A stretch of 64,000 nucleotides of DNA. It comes from an uncultured Alphaproteobacteria bacterium (lineage in GTDB: Bacteria > Pseudomonadota > Alphaproteobacteria > Sphingomonadales > Sphingomonadaceae). This document shows, piece by piece, positions 19,993 through 31,087 of the stretch; position 1 is the first letter of the stretch; every line of letters begins with the position of its first letter. The stretch covers positions 87,694 to 151,693 of the forward strand of contig CAVXQH010000005.1 in the NCBI GenBank assembly GCA_963763915.1, in the 5' to 3' direction. Position numbers and translations under genes: made by a program. The notes below the pieces were generated by a model. That model saw only the letters and a list, made by a program, of their open reading frames with translations. It ran no database searches and was not told where the DNA came from.

Positions 19993-21139
19993 TTAATCCA
20001 TCCCAAAGGGCCAACGTCCCTGCATCTCATTCCATTTTGAAGCGATCTCATCGCGTTTACCTGCCGGCAGCTCGTCGACAACTCCCTTGCTATTATTGGA
20101 AAGCCAAAAGTGATCAAGACATCCAACCTGTTCGGCGAACACCACATCCATCACCTCCTCCGGAGATCCTCCTTTGAGAAAGTTTACCGCCTTGCCGTCG
20201 TTCGCTACCACAACCGCTCTGCCCCAAGGCATCACAAACCTCTCCAGATGAGGGGACAGTTTGGAAGAACTGACCGCCTTGGATTTGATCCCAGCAATAT
20301 CGAATTCATTTGCTTTGGACCCTCCACTTACCAAGAGAATTCCATCTCGCGCGTTTTCCAAGTCTTCGACGTTGATGGCTTGATTTGCCGTGGCAGAAAT
20401 GATGACTTCGCTGTCCGCCAACAACGATGCCTTATTTGCCGTACGAAAGTTTTCGAGGCGGGCAAGCAATTTGCTGAGATTCGCTTATGTCACAAACGGC
20501 AACATCATGCCCTCGTCGTGAAAACGCGTTCGCAATCCTGCCCCCAATCATGCCGAAGCTAAAAATCCCAAACCGCTTTCCTTGCAAAATCAGACCACGC
20601 TCTCTCAGCAAGTCGGTCACAACATCAGCTATTGTTTCGCCCACATGGACGGCCTCAGCCTCCTTGAGCGGACTCAATGCAATGCTCAATACGCTAATCG
20701 GAAACTCGGCTATTCCAGCAACATACCTGTTGTGACCGAATCTTGTAACTTCCACAACTCCACGAACGACTTCGCGATCCTCTGCTGAAAGCCGATTGAG
20801 CGGAGCCATGAAATACCCACCCACATCAACAATCGACAAAAGGCGGCCTTCAGCCCTCGCTTCTCTTATCTCGGCAATAAGCAGTGCGTCTAAAAAACCA
20901 GCCTCTTCAAGAACGGAGTATTCCTTCTCAATAACGTGAACTCCAAAACTGCCAATTTCATCAATCGCGGCTTTGTCTTTCGAGTTGGGTTTCGCAACAA
21001 ATGTCCCTACCCTGAATCCATGCTGGATCGACAACCGAAGAAACTCGACTGTATCACGCAACGCATGTTGTAGGACGAGAAGTCGAGTTTTGTTAGCATA
21101 CGGTGATTTGGAAAGGAAAAAGTCGCTGACCGGCAACAT
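19993..21139 (-). pseudogene. Divergent S-adenosylhomocysteine-hydrolase-like NAD-binding protein, split by one +1 frameshift near 20470
   Basis: Colinear with SAHH: LQHA (CLHM), IVDVGGY (ILDDGGD), GVVEVTRFG (GISEETTTG), SPLK (SVTK), Rossmann SFGMIG...CDI, and VVVANDGKAVNF (IILLAEGRLVNL). Removing one base from the TTT at 20470-20472 joins the two ORFs. The frameshift could be real or a sequencing error. Confidence 0.75.
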
Positions 21140-21335
21140 ACCATTATACTGCACAAGCCGCCCCCACCGACACAATTGCAAACAAGCAAGCTATTCAGCT
21201 AGCTAAACGCGCCAGCAGCTAAATGCAATAATGAGAAGCTGCAAGTTTTTTATAACGTTTTGACAACGAAACTACCCTGACCATTCGCTTTGCTCTCGAA
21301 CTGTTTATGCCGAAGGTGCCAATTCCTTTAAAACC

Positions 21336-23241
<1,906 letters not shown>

Positions 23242-23289
23242 GTTTACTTACTCCAAGATTTCGGAAGCAAGAGCGCGGGGGTTGAAGCC

Positions 23290-23385
23290 CGCTCCCTCCC
23301 TCCGCCCGCGTGCTAACGGGATCAGGTTCAGCGGGTCGGGGCGTTACACCGCCTCTCAGTCACATGACTCCCCGGGGATGGATCG
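23290..23385 (-). ncRNA. TPP (THI-box) riboswitch
   Basis: The minus strand reads CCCCGGGGAG..CTGAGA..GACCCG.TGAACCTGATCCCGTTA..CGGGCGGAGGGA, directly upstream of thiC. Confidence 0.95.
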
Positions 23386-23450
23386 ACATTAGCCGTTCGC
23401 CAAAGGCATGTCGAGAGGCGTCCACTTGACTTCCCTGCCTTAAAACAGCC

Positions 23451-24146
23451 ATGTCTTGGGTCATGACCCCTCCCGCGCATCAAATCAACGTCCGCCGCAT
23501 GGGGCGCGAAGGCGAGCCGCTCGTAATAATCGACGGCTATAGCGGCATGGTCGATACTCTGCTCGAGGCGGCTTATGCTGCGCAATATCAACCTGCGGGG
23601 GCGTCTTACCCCGGCATCCGGTCTTGGGCTGATCCGAGCTATCTTGATCAGCGCCGCGATCTGATGATGCAGATTATGACGCAGGTGTTCGGCTTTACCA
23701 AAGGCGTGCGGCTTGAAGCATCAACCTATTCAATTGTCACATTAAACGAGCAAGAGCTGGGCCCTCGTCAGCGTATTCCACATTATGATCATGCTGGCGG
23801 TGAAATAATCGCCGTGATGCACTATTTGCTGGGCCCCGAAACCGGCGGCACGGCATTCTACCGCCACCGGCGCACGGGCTTCGAAACGATCATGCCCGCC
23901 AGAGAGGCAGCGTATAACGCGGCATTGGCGCAAGACGAGCGCGAACACGGTATGCCCCCGGCACGCTATTGCTACGGCGACACTGACTGGTTCGAACTGA
24001 TCGACGAGGTAGAAGCGCAACCCGATCGATTGGTGCTTTACCGGGGTCGCCAGCTGCATTCGGGCGTGATCCCTGGCGCATCGATATTATCAAGTAATCC
24101 CCGCGATGGAAGATTGACAATCAACATGTTCCTCGAAGGTTCGTAA
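23451..24146 (+). CDS. DUF6445 family protein (2OG-Fe(II) oxygenase-like)
   Basis: GREGEPLVIID, IPHYD, GGTAFYRH, RLVLYRG..LHSG and GRLTIN motifs. Confidence 0.85.
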   Translation: MSWVMTPPAHQINVRRMGREGEPLVIIDGYSGMVDTLLEAAYAAQYQPAGASYPGIRSWADPSYLDQRRDLMMQIMTQVFGFTKGVRLEASTYSIVTLNEQELGPRQRIPHYDHAGGEIIAVMHYLLGPETGGTAFYRHRRTGFETIMPAREAAYNAALAQDEREHGMPPARYCYGDTDWFELIDEVEAQPDRLVLYRGRQLHSGVIPGASILSSNPRDGRLTINMFLEGS

Positions 24147-24198
24147 CCTAACGCCTTACCAGAGAATTTTCGTTACGCGCCGACAGGTAAAGGAAATT

Positions 24199-24342
24199 AT
24201 GCAGCTATTGAACTTGTTTTCGACGAGCCGGACCCGGTTGCCGGTGGTATCCTGTGGCCGATTGGGGCGCGAAGGCGAGCCGCTTGCGCTTATCTGTCCA
24301 GCATGGCGAACCCGACGATTAAAGATATCCGTGCAGCGATAA
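24199..24342 (+). pseudogene. Truncated DUF6445 paralog (N-terminal fragment)
   Basis: RBS AAAGGA and ATG give MQLLNLFSTSRTRLPVVSCGRLGREGEPLALI. 22 nt (24263-24284) are identical to 23500-23521. Confidence 0.6.
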
Positions 24343-24566
24343 ATGCAAAAGGCGAGCTCAGCCTGCGCGTTGTGCCGCGGACAAAGGTGGAACGCGCAGC
24401 TATCGAAAATGGAATACTCAAATTATGGACGCGCACCGCGGCAGAGGACGGCAAAGCGACCAAATCGGTGTTAGTGCAATTGGCCAATTTATTTGAAGTG
24501 TCGCCGCGACAAGTAACGCTGTTGAGCGGTGCAACAAGTAGGGATAAGCGCGTAAAGGTTCGCTAA
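24303..24566 (+). CDS. DUF167 (YggU/UPF0235) family protein
   Basis: LRVVPR, EDGKA and LLSGATSRDKRV motifs. Confidence 0.85.
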   Translation: MANPTIKDIRAAINAKGELSLRVVPRTKVERAAIENGILKLWTRTAAEDGKATKSVLVQLANLFEVSPRQVTLLSGATSRDKRVKVR

Positions 24567-24582
24567 GGCACAATCAACGCGA

Positions 24583-25398
24583 CTATCGCGCCACGAAACC
24601 AAATTCGGTCAGCACGATTTTGTCAAAATCCAGCCCGTAGACTTTAGCCATCGCTTTTGCATTTTGCTGAAACTGGCCCTGTGCTTCGGGATGAGTCTTA
24701 ACATAGGCCGCACTGCCTTGTGTCATCGCCGCAAAAACAAGCAATGATTCCGCAAAAGCCTGTTTTTCTGCATCGCTGTTGGCGGCAACGGGCTGTTTCA
24801 GCATATATTGCTCGCTCTGGTATTTAACCGCATTGGCATATTTATGCCAGTCTTGCCCCACCGATGTGCCGGTTGCTGCTTCATATTGCGCTATTGCAAA
24901 TACGGTGAAGGCATGGCCAACATTGTCAACGCGGAAATACTGCTTCCACAGAAAGGGCTTTATTTTCTGGATCAGATTTTTGTTTTCTGCCCCTGACCCT
25001 TCGCCGAAAAATACCTTGCGTATTTCGCTTTTGGCATCGGGATTTTGCGCCCCATATTGCCCGGCAAGTTTTTCAAGCGTTGCGTTTTGCACTTTTAATG
25101 TCGGCTTGAAATACAGCTTATCGACAGGAAACAAGTCGGGATTGATATGGTCATAGCAATAGCCATCGCTGTCGCAGTTTCCATTGCCCTGTGCGCGCAC
25201 TGAGTCTTTTTCTTTAACGACATCTATCGGCGTAAAAGCGTTGAATATCGCGGTGGTCGTTATCGGCGCAGGAGCAAATATCCAATTACCTTGCGCATGG
25301 ACTTGCGTTGGTAAGAGCCACAACAGCGCGCATAATGCCGTCAGCAAATGAACGCCGCGTTGGGCTAAATTTTGCATATACCCGAATAGTTTAGCCAT
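24583..25398 (-). CDS. Exported hypothetical protein (DUF6683-like)
   Basis: Signal peptide ending VHA-Q, then LYFKP and the NVGHAFTVFAIAQYEAATG helical domain. More AT-rich than its neighbours. Confidence 0.7.
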   Translation of the reverse strand: MAKLFGYMQNLAQRGVHLLTALCALLWLLPTQVHAQGNWIFAPAPITTTAIFNAFTPIDVVKEKDSVRAQGNGNCDSDGYCYDHINPDLFPVDKLYFKPTLKVQNATLEKLAGQYGAQNPDAKSEIRKVFFGEGSGAENKNLIQKIKPFLWKQYFRVDNVGHAFTVFAIAQYEAATGTSVGQDWHKYANAVKYQSEQYMLKQPVAANSDAEKQAFAESLLVFAAMTQGSAAYVKTHPEAQGQFQQNAKAMAKVYGLDFDKIVLTEFGFVAR

Positions 25399-25491
25399 GT
25401 CCGATCTCCGTAATGGCTAAGACTATGCCGACAATTAGAGTTCGGTCAAGGGAAAGCGTCAGGGCATAATTGAACAGACGGTGCTTGAAAC

Positions 25492-27378
25492 CTACCCTGC
25501 CTCCAACGCCTCGTTGGCTTCCATCCAGCGCGCTTCGGCCGCCTCGATAGCTGCCGAAATTTTGCCCCGGCGCTGAGACAATTCGCCCATGGTAAGCGCA
25601 GCGTATTCGGGCGCTGCAGCCTTGGGATCAAACATTGCGAGATCAATCGCACTGCGCACGCTCGATAATTTGGCAAGGTCCGCCTCGGCATCGCGCGCGG
25701 CCTTGCGTAGCGCTTGCTGCTCCTCGCGGGCTTGGGCAGCTGCCTTGCGGTCCTCTTTCTTGTTACCTTTTGAACCGCTGGACGATCCGCTGCCAGTACC
25801 GCCACTTTTAGGCTGGTTCTTGCCGAGGATCATGTCGGTATAATCGTCGATGCTTCCTTGATATTCATTCGCTTCGCCACCATCGACGAGCACCAGCCGG
25901 TCGGCGGTCAGCTCAAGCATATGTCGGTCGTGGCTGACCAGCAAAACTGCGCCGTCATAGTCGTTGAGTGCTTGAACCAAAGCTTCCCGCGCATCAACAT
26001 CAAGGTGGTTGGTCGGTTCGTCGAGGATTAGCAAATGCGGCGCGTCCCGCGTGATAAGCGCCAACGCCAGTCGCGCCCGTTCCCCGCCCGACAGCTTGCC
26101 AACCTGCGTTGTGGCTTTCGCACCCGAAAAGCCGAAGCGGCCCAACTGTCCGCGCACCGCACCGGGCGTGGCGCCTCGCATCGCGCGCGTCATATGCTCA
26201 AGCGGGGTGTCGCCGCCGTCAAGTTCCTCAACCTGATATTGAGTAAAATATCCGACCTTCATCTTGCCGGACGCGTTCATCACACCATCCATCGGTGTCA
26301 GTTGGGCGGCGAGCAAGCGGGCAAGCGTAGTCTTGCCGTTGCCATTTCGGCCGAGCAACGCGACACGGTCATCTGGGTCTATCCGCAGGTTGAGCCGCTG
26401 CAATATCGGTGTGTCTGCTGCATAGCCGACGCTGGCCAGATCAAGCGTGATCAGCGGTGGACGGAGGGCTTCGGGGCTGGGGAAATCAAAACTTAGCGTC
26501 GGGTCCTCGACCAAGGCCGCAATCGGCTGCATCTTGGCAAGCGCCTTTTGCCGCGATTGCGCCTGCTTGGCGGTCGATGCGCGGGCCGAGTTGCGCGCGA
26601 CATAGTCTTGCAGCTTGGCACGCTGCGCGTCTTGGGCCGCTTGGGCGGCGGCAAGTTGCGCCAGCCGTTCGGCTCGCTGCCGTTCAAACGCATCATATCC
26701 GCCGACATAGAGCGTGGTTTTGCCGCCCTCCAGATGCAATATGTGATCGACAACATTGTTGAGCAGGTCGCGTTCGTGGCTGATTACCACGATCATCTTG
26801 GGATAGCTTTTCAGGAAGCTTTCGAGCCACAAGGTTGCTTCGAGATCAAGGTGGTTAGACGGCTCGTCAAGCAACAATAAGTCTGGCTCAGAAAACAACA
26901 GCGCAGCAAGGGCAACACGCATTTTCCACCCGCCCGAATAGCTGTCGAGCGGCCGTGTCTGCATCTCCTCGTCAAATCCAAGCCCCACCAATATCCGCGC
27001 TGCACGCGCCGGTGCAGTATAGGCGTCAATCGCAATCAGGCGCTCATGTATTTCAGCGAGTTTATTCGGGTCCGCTTCGGTTTCGCTGCGCTCGAGGAGT
27101 TCGGCCCGTTCGGTATCGGCAGCGAGCACCGTTTCAAACGGCGAAGCAGTGCCGGCGGGTGCTTCCTGCGCGATATAGCCAATGCGCGTTCGCCGCGGCA
27201 TTTCGATGGCACCGTCATCGGCCTCCAGCTGGCCGATCATCACTTTCATCAGCGTTGATTTGCCTGCACCGTTTCGCCCGATGAGCCCGACCTTTGACTG
27301 ACCCGGCAAAGCGGCAGTCGCGCGGTCGATGATATTGCGTCCGCCAAGGCGCACGGTCAGAGCATTCAAATTGAGCAT
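25492..27378 (-). CDS. ABC-F family ATP-binding protein (YheS/Uup-like)
   Basis: Two ATPase domains (GRNGAGKST, YSGGWKMR, GRNGNGKTT, LSGGERAR), no TM segments, and a C-terminal coiled coil. Confidence 0.96.
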   Translation of the reverse strand: MLNLNALTVRLGGRNIIDRATAALPGQSKVGLIGRNGAGKSTLMKVMIGQLEADDGAIEMPRRTRIGYIAQEAPAGTASPFETVLAADTERAELLERSETEADPNKLAEIHERLIAIDAYTAPARAARILVGLGFDEEMQTRPLDSYSGGWKMRVALAALLFSEPDLLLLDEPSNHLDLEATLWLESFLKSYPKMIVVISHERDLLNNVVDHILHLEGGKTTLYVGGYDAFERQRAERLAQLAAAQAAQDAQRAKLQDYVARNSARASTAKQAQSRQKALAKMQPIAALVEDPTLSFDFPSPEALRPPLITLDLASVGYAADTPILQRLNLRIDPDDRVALLGRNGNGKTTLARLLAAQLTPMDGVMNASGKMKVGYFTQYQVEELDGGDTPLEHMTRAMRGATPGAVRGQLGRFGFSGAKATTQVGKLSGGERARLALALITRDAPHLLILDEPTNHLDVDAREALVQALNDYDGAVLLVSHDRHMLELTADRLVLVDGGEANEYQGSIDDYTDMILGKNQPKSGGTGSGSSSGSKGNKKEDRKAAAQAREEQQALRKAARDAEADLAKLSSVRSAIDLAMFDPKAAAPEYAALTMGELSQRRGKISAAIEAAEARWMEANEALEAG

Positions 27379-27461
27379 GATCGCGCGGCCCTAGATGTCT
27401 CAGCCGTGAAAGTGAAGGAAAATTCGGGCGGAACAACACGGCGGTTAAGGCGATGTTCTGG

Positions 27462-27502
27462 AAAAAAGCAGGGAAGGAGCGCTACGCATACCCTACCCTG
27501 CT
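27462..27502 (-). terminator. Rho-independent terminator after the Cys-repeat gene
   Basis: Minus strand AGCAGGG...CCCTGCT followed by TTTTT. Confidence 0.7.
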
Positions 27503-27510
27503 CTTGTTCC

Positions 27511-29889
27511 TTATGGGCGGCCCGGTGTATCTCTCGGTTGTTCCGGCGTGTCGGGCTTGCTGCTTCCGCCGGTACCGACACCGGGAATCGGGATGCCAAG
27601 CTTAACCTTGAAAGGTAGTTTGAACCGCTTTTTCTTGGGTGCGACTTTTTGGCTTGAGGCGCATTTCCATTTATTGGTCAATACAACGCTTGCCGCCGCG
27701 CCAGACATCGTTGTCGGGAAGCTTGGCGAAAAAGCTGGCGTTTCCCACATCGGTATTTGGTTGTTCTGATTTTGGCAGTAGGTCAAAACGGATTGCGGGA
27801 AAGGCAACGGTTGGGTTTCTGTCATTCCCGAGCAGATCGTACCTGAAGGAACTGTGAAACTTCCAAGCCAACTGGTCGAATAGCCCAAGCTGAGAGAGGT
27901 CGGGGTCGTCGACACCGAACAAGTCGGCGTTACAACAAAGTTCATACCCGCGAAGTCCGCATGCGACCAACCTGTAGACCCAACAGGCCCTTGCAAAACC
28001 TTATCGATCGTCACGGTGGTAACCGTCGAACTGCATTTCCAGCTGTTGTTCACCGTTACCCAAAAGTTGCCGGTGCTTGAGATATAGACAGTTGGCGGCG
28101 TTGTGGTTGTGTTTCCGTTATAGGTGTAAGTAGGCGGATTCCACATGGGAACACCGCCGCCATGGATGGGCATGGCGCAATAGCTTACTATACCCGCGGG
28201 AAAGGCCATGGTTGGTTGCGGTTCAGTAACTGTGCAGTGCGCGCCGAGCGGTGCGGTAATTGCACCTGTGCTAGAAATCACCGCATTGCTTGAGAGAAAA
28301 GTGTTGACGGCAACACTTGGCGATGACCCGGTAGGAGTACAATTGGTCATTACGAGCCAACTGGCAGCTGGCCATTGCGGCAAAATCGATTGGGTCGTTA
28401 GCGACTTTTGTATCACCAATGTGCCCTTTGGTTTAGGGTAGCAGGCCGCATGATTTTTGATCGTTACGGTGCTTGAGCCACCAAGGATCGTAACGGTAGG
28501 CGGCGTCGGAGAAAAGCCGCTTCCCGTGTTGTAAAGTGGCGGATCCCACATGAAAACCATGCCAATTGCTTCACACGCATCATAACCCGCATTTGGAACT
28601 TGAGGTGTATTCTCCTGGACAAAACATGAAGTCCCGGAGGGAATATTATTAATCGTATAGCCAAGCCCTCCCCCCAAAAGCAACGGTGATGCTTGCGAAA
28701 TTGACGGAGTACATGCCACATGAATATTGTATACTTGCCCAGCGATTGTAGAGCTTGATCCAGGCCCTTCCCAAGATGTGATCTTGTTTATCGTCAATGA
28801 TCCCATCTTCGGAACACATTTCCAGCTGTTAAAAACTTGAACCAAGGTGGGCGTTGCGGTGATAGTCACTGTCGAGCCATTTGCACCAAAAGAGGGCGTA
28901 TTCCATTGCGGCATAGCATTCTGTCCACAAAACTGGACTGCGGAAGCGGGCAATGCAGGCAACGTGCTGGATTCAGATACCGTGCAAGTTGAACCAACCT
29001 GCACGTTAAACACATTGACGCTGACATTAAAAATATTCTGGCTTGGGGGTGACACAGGAGTGCAATTTACAGAAACTGGAAACTGCATGACAGGAAATGA
29101 AGAGCCGTAACCTGCTGGATTGCTCATGATCTTTTGAACGTGAAGCTTGCCGGTATTGGGCACGCATTTCCAGCTGTTGGATATATTGATCACCGCATTG
29201 CTGCCGCTAACGGTAATTGTCGGCGGGGTTGTGGTTCCATTTGGAGTGTAAATTGGCGCATTCCATTGCGGGGTGGCGTTGGGACCGCAGAACTGCGTCG
29301 CCGCAGCAGGGAATGTAGGCATATTGCTTGATTCAGAGACTGTGCAGCTCGTGCCATTTTGCACCGTGAAAAATACGTTGGCGGTACCGTTGCCATTATT
29401 CAAAATTTGGTTCGGCGTAGAGAGTGCAGGCGTGCAATTGGCGTTAATACCGAAATTGAGGTTGGTTAGTGGCGGCATCCCCGGCTGGCTGACCACACGC
29501 TTGCGGACTTCCAATGTGCTTGTCGGATTCGGCTTGCAGTGCCACTTGTTGGTGATGTCCACTGTTTGAGTTGATCCCGAGACGGTCGTAACCGAAGGGA
29601 CGCTGTTTCCCGACGAACTATAAAGCGGCGGGTCCCAGACAGGCGTCGCATTTGGTCCACAAAAAGTTTGCGCCGAGGTGGGGAAAGCAGGCATCGAGGC
29701 AGACTCAGTTACCATGCAGGTTGAGCCTGTCGGCACCGCAAATGTCATTGAACTGCCGCTGAAAACAACAGCGGAAGAAGGCGTCGATGCCGGCGTGCAG
29801 TTGGTGTTTACATTGAAACCGAGTGATCCAAGCGACATCATGCCGACCGGATATAAGCCCAAAACGCCAGATGCGTCGAAATTCCCCAT
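27511..29889 (-). CDS. Large protein of six tandem 4-Cys Ig-like (DUF5979-like) repeats
   Basis: Six units of about 115-135 aa: GxLxxxK...NCTP...GTxCTVxE...C...WxxP...NxWKC. 24 Cys in total, rich in Thr/Ser/Pro. RBS-like GGGGG upstream. Confidence 0.85.
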   Translation of the reverse strand: MGNFDASGVLGLYPVGMMSLGSLGFNVNTNCTPASTPSSAVVFSGSSMTFAVPTGSTCMVTESASMPAFPTSAQTFCGPNATPVWDPPLYSSSGNSVPSVTTVSGSTQTVDITNKWHCKPNPTSTLEVRKRVVSQPGMPPLTNLNFGINANCTPALSTPNQILNNGNGTANVFFTVQNGTSCTVSESSNMPTFPAAATQFCGPNATPQWNAPIYTPNGTTTPPTITVSGSNAVINISNSWKCVPNTGKLHVQKIMSNPAGYGSSFPVMQFPVSVNCTPVSPPSQNIFNVSVNVFNVQVGSTCTVSESSTLPALPASAVQFCGQNAMPQWNTPSFGANGSTVTITATPTLVQVFNSWKCVPKMGSLTINKITSWEGPGSSSTIAGQVYNIHVACTPSISQASPLLLGGGLGYTINNIPSGTSCFVQENTPQVPNAGYDACEAIGMVFMWDPPLYNTGSGFSPTPPTVTILGGSSTVTIKNHAACYPKPKGTLVIQKSLTTQSILPQWPAASWLVMTNCTPTGSSPSVAVNTFLSSNAVISSTGAITAPLGAHCTVTEPQPTMAFPAGIVSYCAMPIHGGGVPMWNPPTYTYNGNTTTTPPTVYISSTGNFWVTVNNSWKCSSTVTTVTIDKVLQGPVGSTGWSHADFAGMNFVVTPTCSVSTTPTSLSLGYSTSWLGSFTVPSGTICSGMTETQPLPFPQSVLTYCQNQNNQIPMWETPAFSPSFPTTMSGAAASVVLTNKWKCASSQKVAPKKKRFKLPFKVKLGIPIPGVGTGGSSKPDTPEQPRDTPGRP

Positions 29890-30061
29890 AACAGCCCCCT
29901 ATCACCCCAATTTGCACCGCGCATGACCGCCCGATGGTGCAAAATGTAACGGTCGCTATCATGAACACGCGTGATTTCCGTCACGCTAAGTTACAGAGAT
30001 TTAATAAATTTACACTCCGATACACGCTGGAGCGATGTGGCGGAATAGGGCCAAATTGGCG

Positions 30062-31087
30062 CTACTGTCCTTGTGCTGGCAATGATACCAAGAGTGGCGG
30101 CGGCAATGCTGCGGCGATGTCCTTGGAAGCTTGCTTTGCTGTGTCTATCCCCAAAATTTCCTCTTCCAGCATCGCGACCCGCCGTTTCCAGCGGTAGTGC
30201 GTGCCGTCGCTGAAAATCCCCTGGCCGTGCTGTTTGCCATAGCGGGTCCAAAAACGCACGGCAGCCTTTGGGTCATACCCCGCATTTGCCATCAGCCAGA
30301 CCGATAGGCGGTCGGCCTCGGCCTCCGCTGCGAGGGTCTGTGCCTTGTTCTTACCAAATAAGCGACCAAGCCCACGCGATACTTTCGCTTTATCGAAACG
30401 CTGCCGGTGACGGAGCAGATTGTGGCTGACTTCATGCGCGACGACGGCTGCAAACTCGGCGTCATCGGGCACGTACGCGGCCATACCCTGCGTCACACTG
30501 ACCATGTTGCCGTCGGCCCCGGCGTCAAGAGTGTCGCTGACATCAATTTGGAAATTGCTGGCGCAGGTCAGTGCCGGACGTAACGACACATCACTTTTGT
30601 TGCCGTCCCGCTGAAAGGTGACTGTCACTTTCTCGGGTTGGCTCAAGAGCTGCGTTTCGAGCGCGGTCAAAAGCAGGAGTAGCCGGGCGTAACTGTTCTT
30701 TTCTTTTTTTGCAGGCGGGGTTGAGAAGTCAACATGGTCCTTGCCGATGGTGACGCGGACGATGCCGTCATCAGCGCGAAGTCCAGCAGCCTCGGCCGGG
30801 CCGCGGCTGGCGACACCGGCGACCTGTACGGGTTGTGCAAAACCAAACGCTGCGCGCGCTGCCTCAACGTTACCGTACTGGCGGATATCGTGCAGTATCC
30901 AGCCGGTATTGGATTTGCGGTCCTTGCAATAAGGCGCGTTGGCCTTGAGTATATGAAAGCCAATATTGCCTAGCCGAATATCTTGTTTGATTAACGCACG
31001 GTGCGCGGCAACTTCGGCAACATCCACCGGCTTTGCCTGACCAACCAAAAACGCCAAAAAAAATAGCGAGCAAATGAGAAATTTCAT
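30062..31087 (-). CDS. M48 family metallopeptidase with PDZ-like domain
   Basis: Signal peptide, GPAEAAGLRADD (PDZ-like), HEVSH zinc motif, and EAEADRL..WLMANAGYDP. Confidence 0.9.
   Translation of the reverse strand: MKFLICSLFFLAFLVGQAKPVDVAEVAAHRALIKQDIRLGNIGFHILKANAPYCKDRKSNTGWILHDIRQYGNVEAARAAFGFAQPVQVAGVASRGPAEAAGLRADDGIVRVTIGKDHVDFSTPPAKKEKNSYARLLLLLTALETQLLSQPEKVTVTFQRDGNKSDVSLRPALTCASNFQIDVSDTLDAGADGNMVSVTQGMAAYVPDDAEFAAVVAHEVSHNLLRHRQRFDKAKVSRGLGRLFGKNKAQTLAAEAEADRLSVWLMANAGYDPKAAVRFWTRYGKQHGQGIFSDGTHYRWKRRVAMLEEEILGIDTAKQASKDIAAALPPPLLVSLPAQGQ

Noticed and set aside
27511-29889. Repeats as a CRISPR array or DGR target
   Set aside because: The repeats are degenerate in-frame protein domains. 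There are no identical DNA repeats, spacers or reverse transcriptase.
29946-29994. GTAAC boxes on both strands upstream of the Cys-repeat gene as SigF promoters
   Set aside because: The -10 matches are poor (ACGC/CGCG) at the required spacing.
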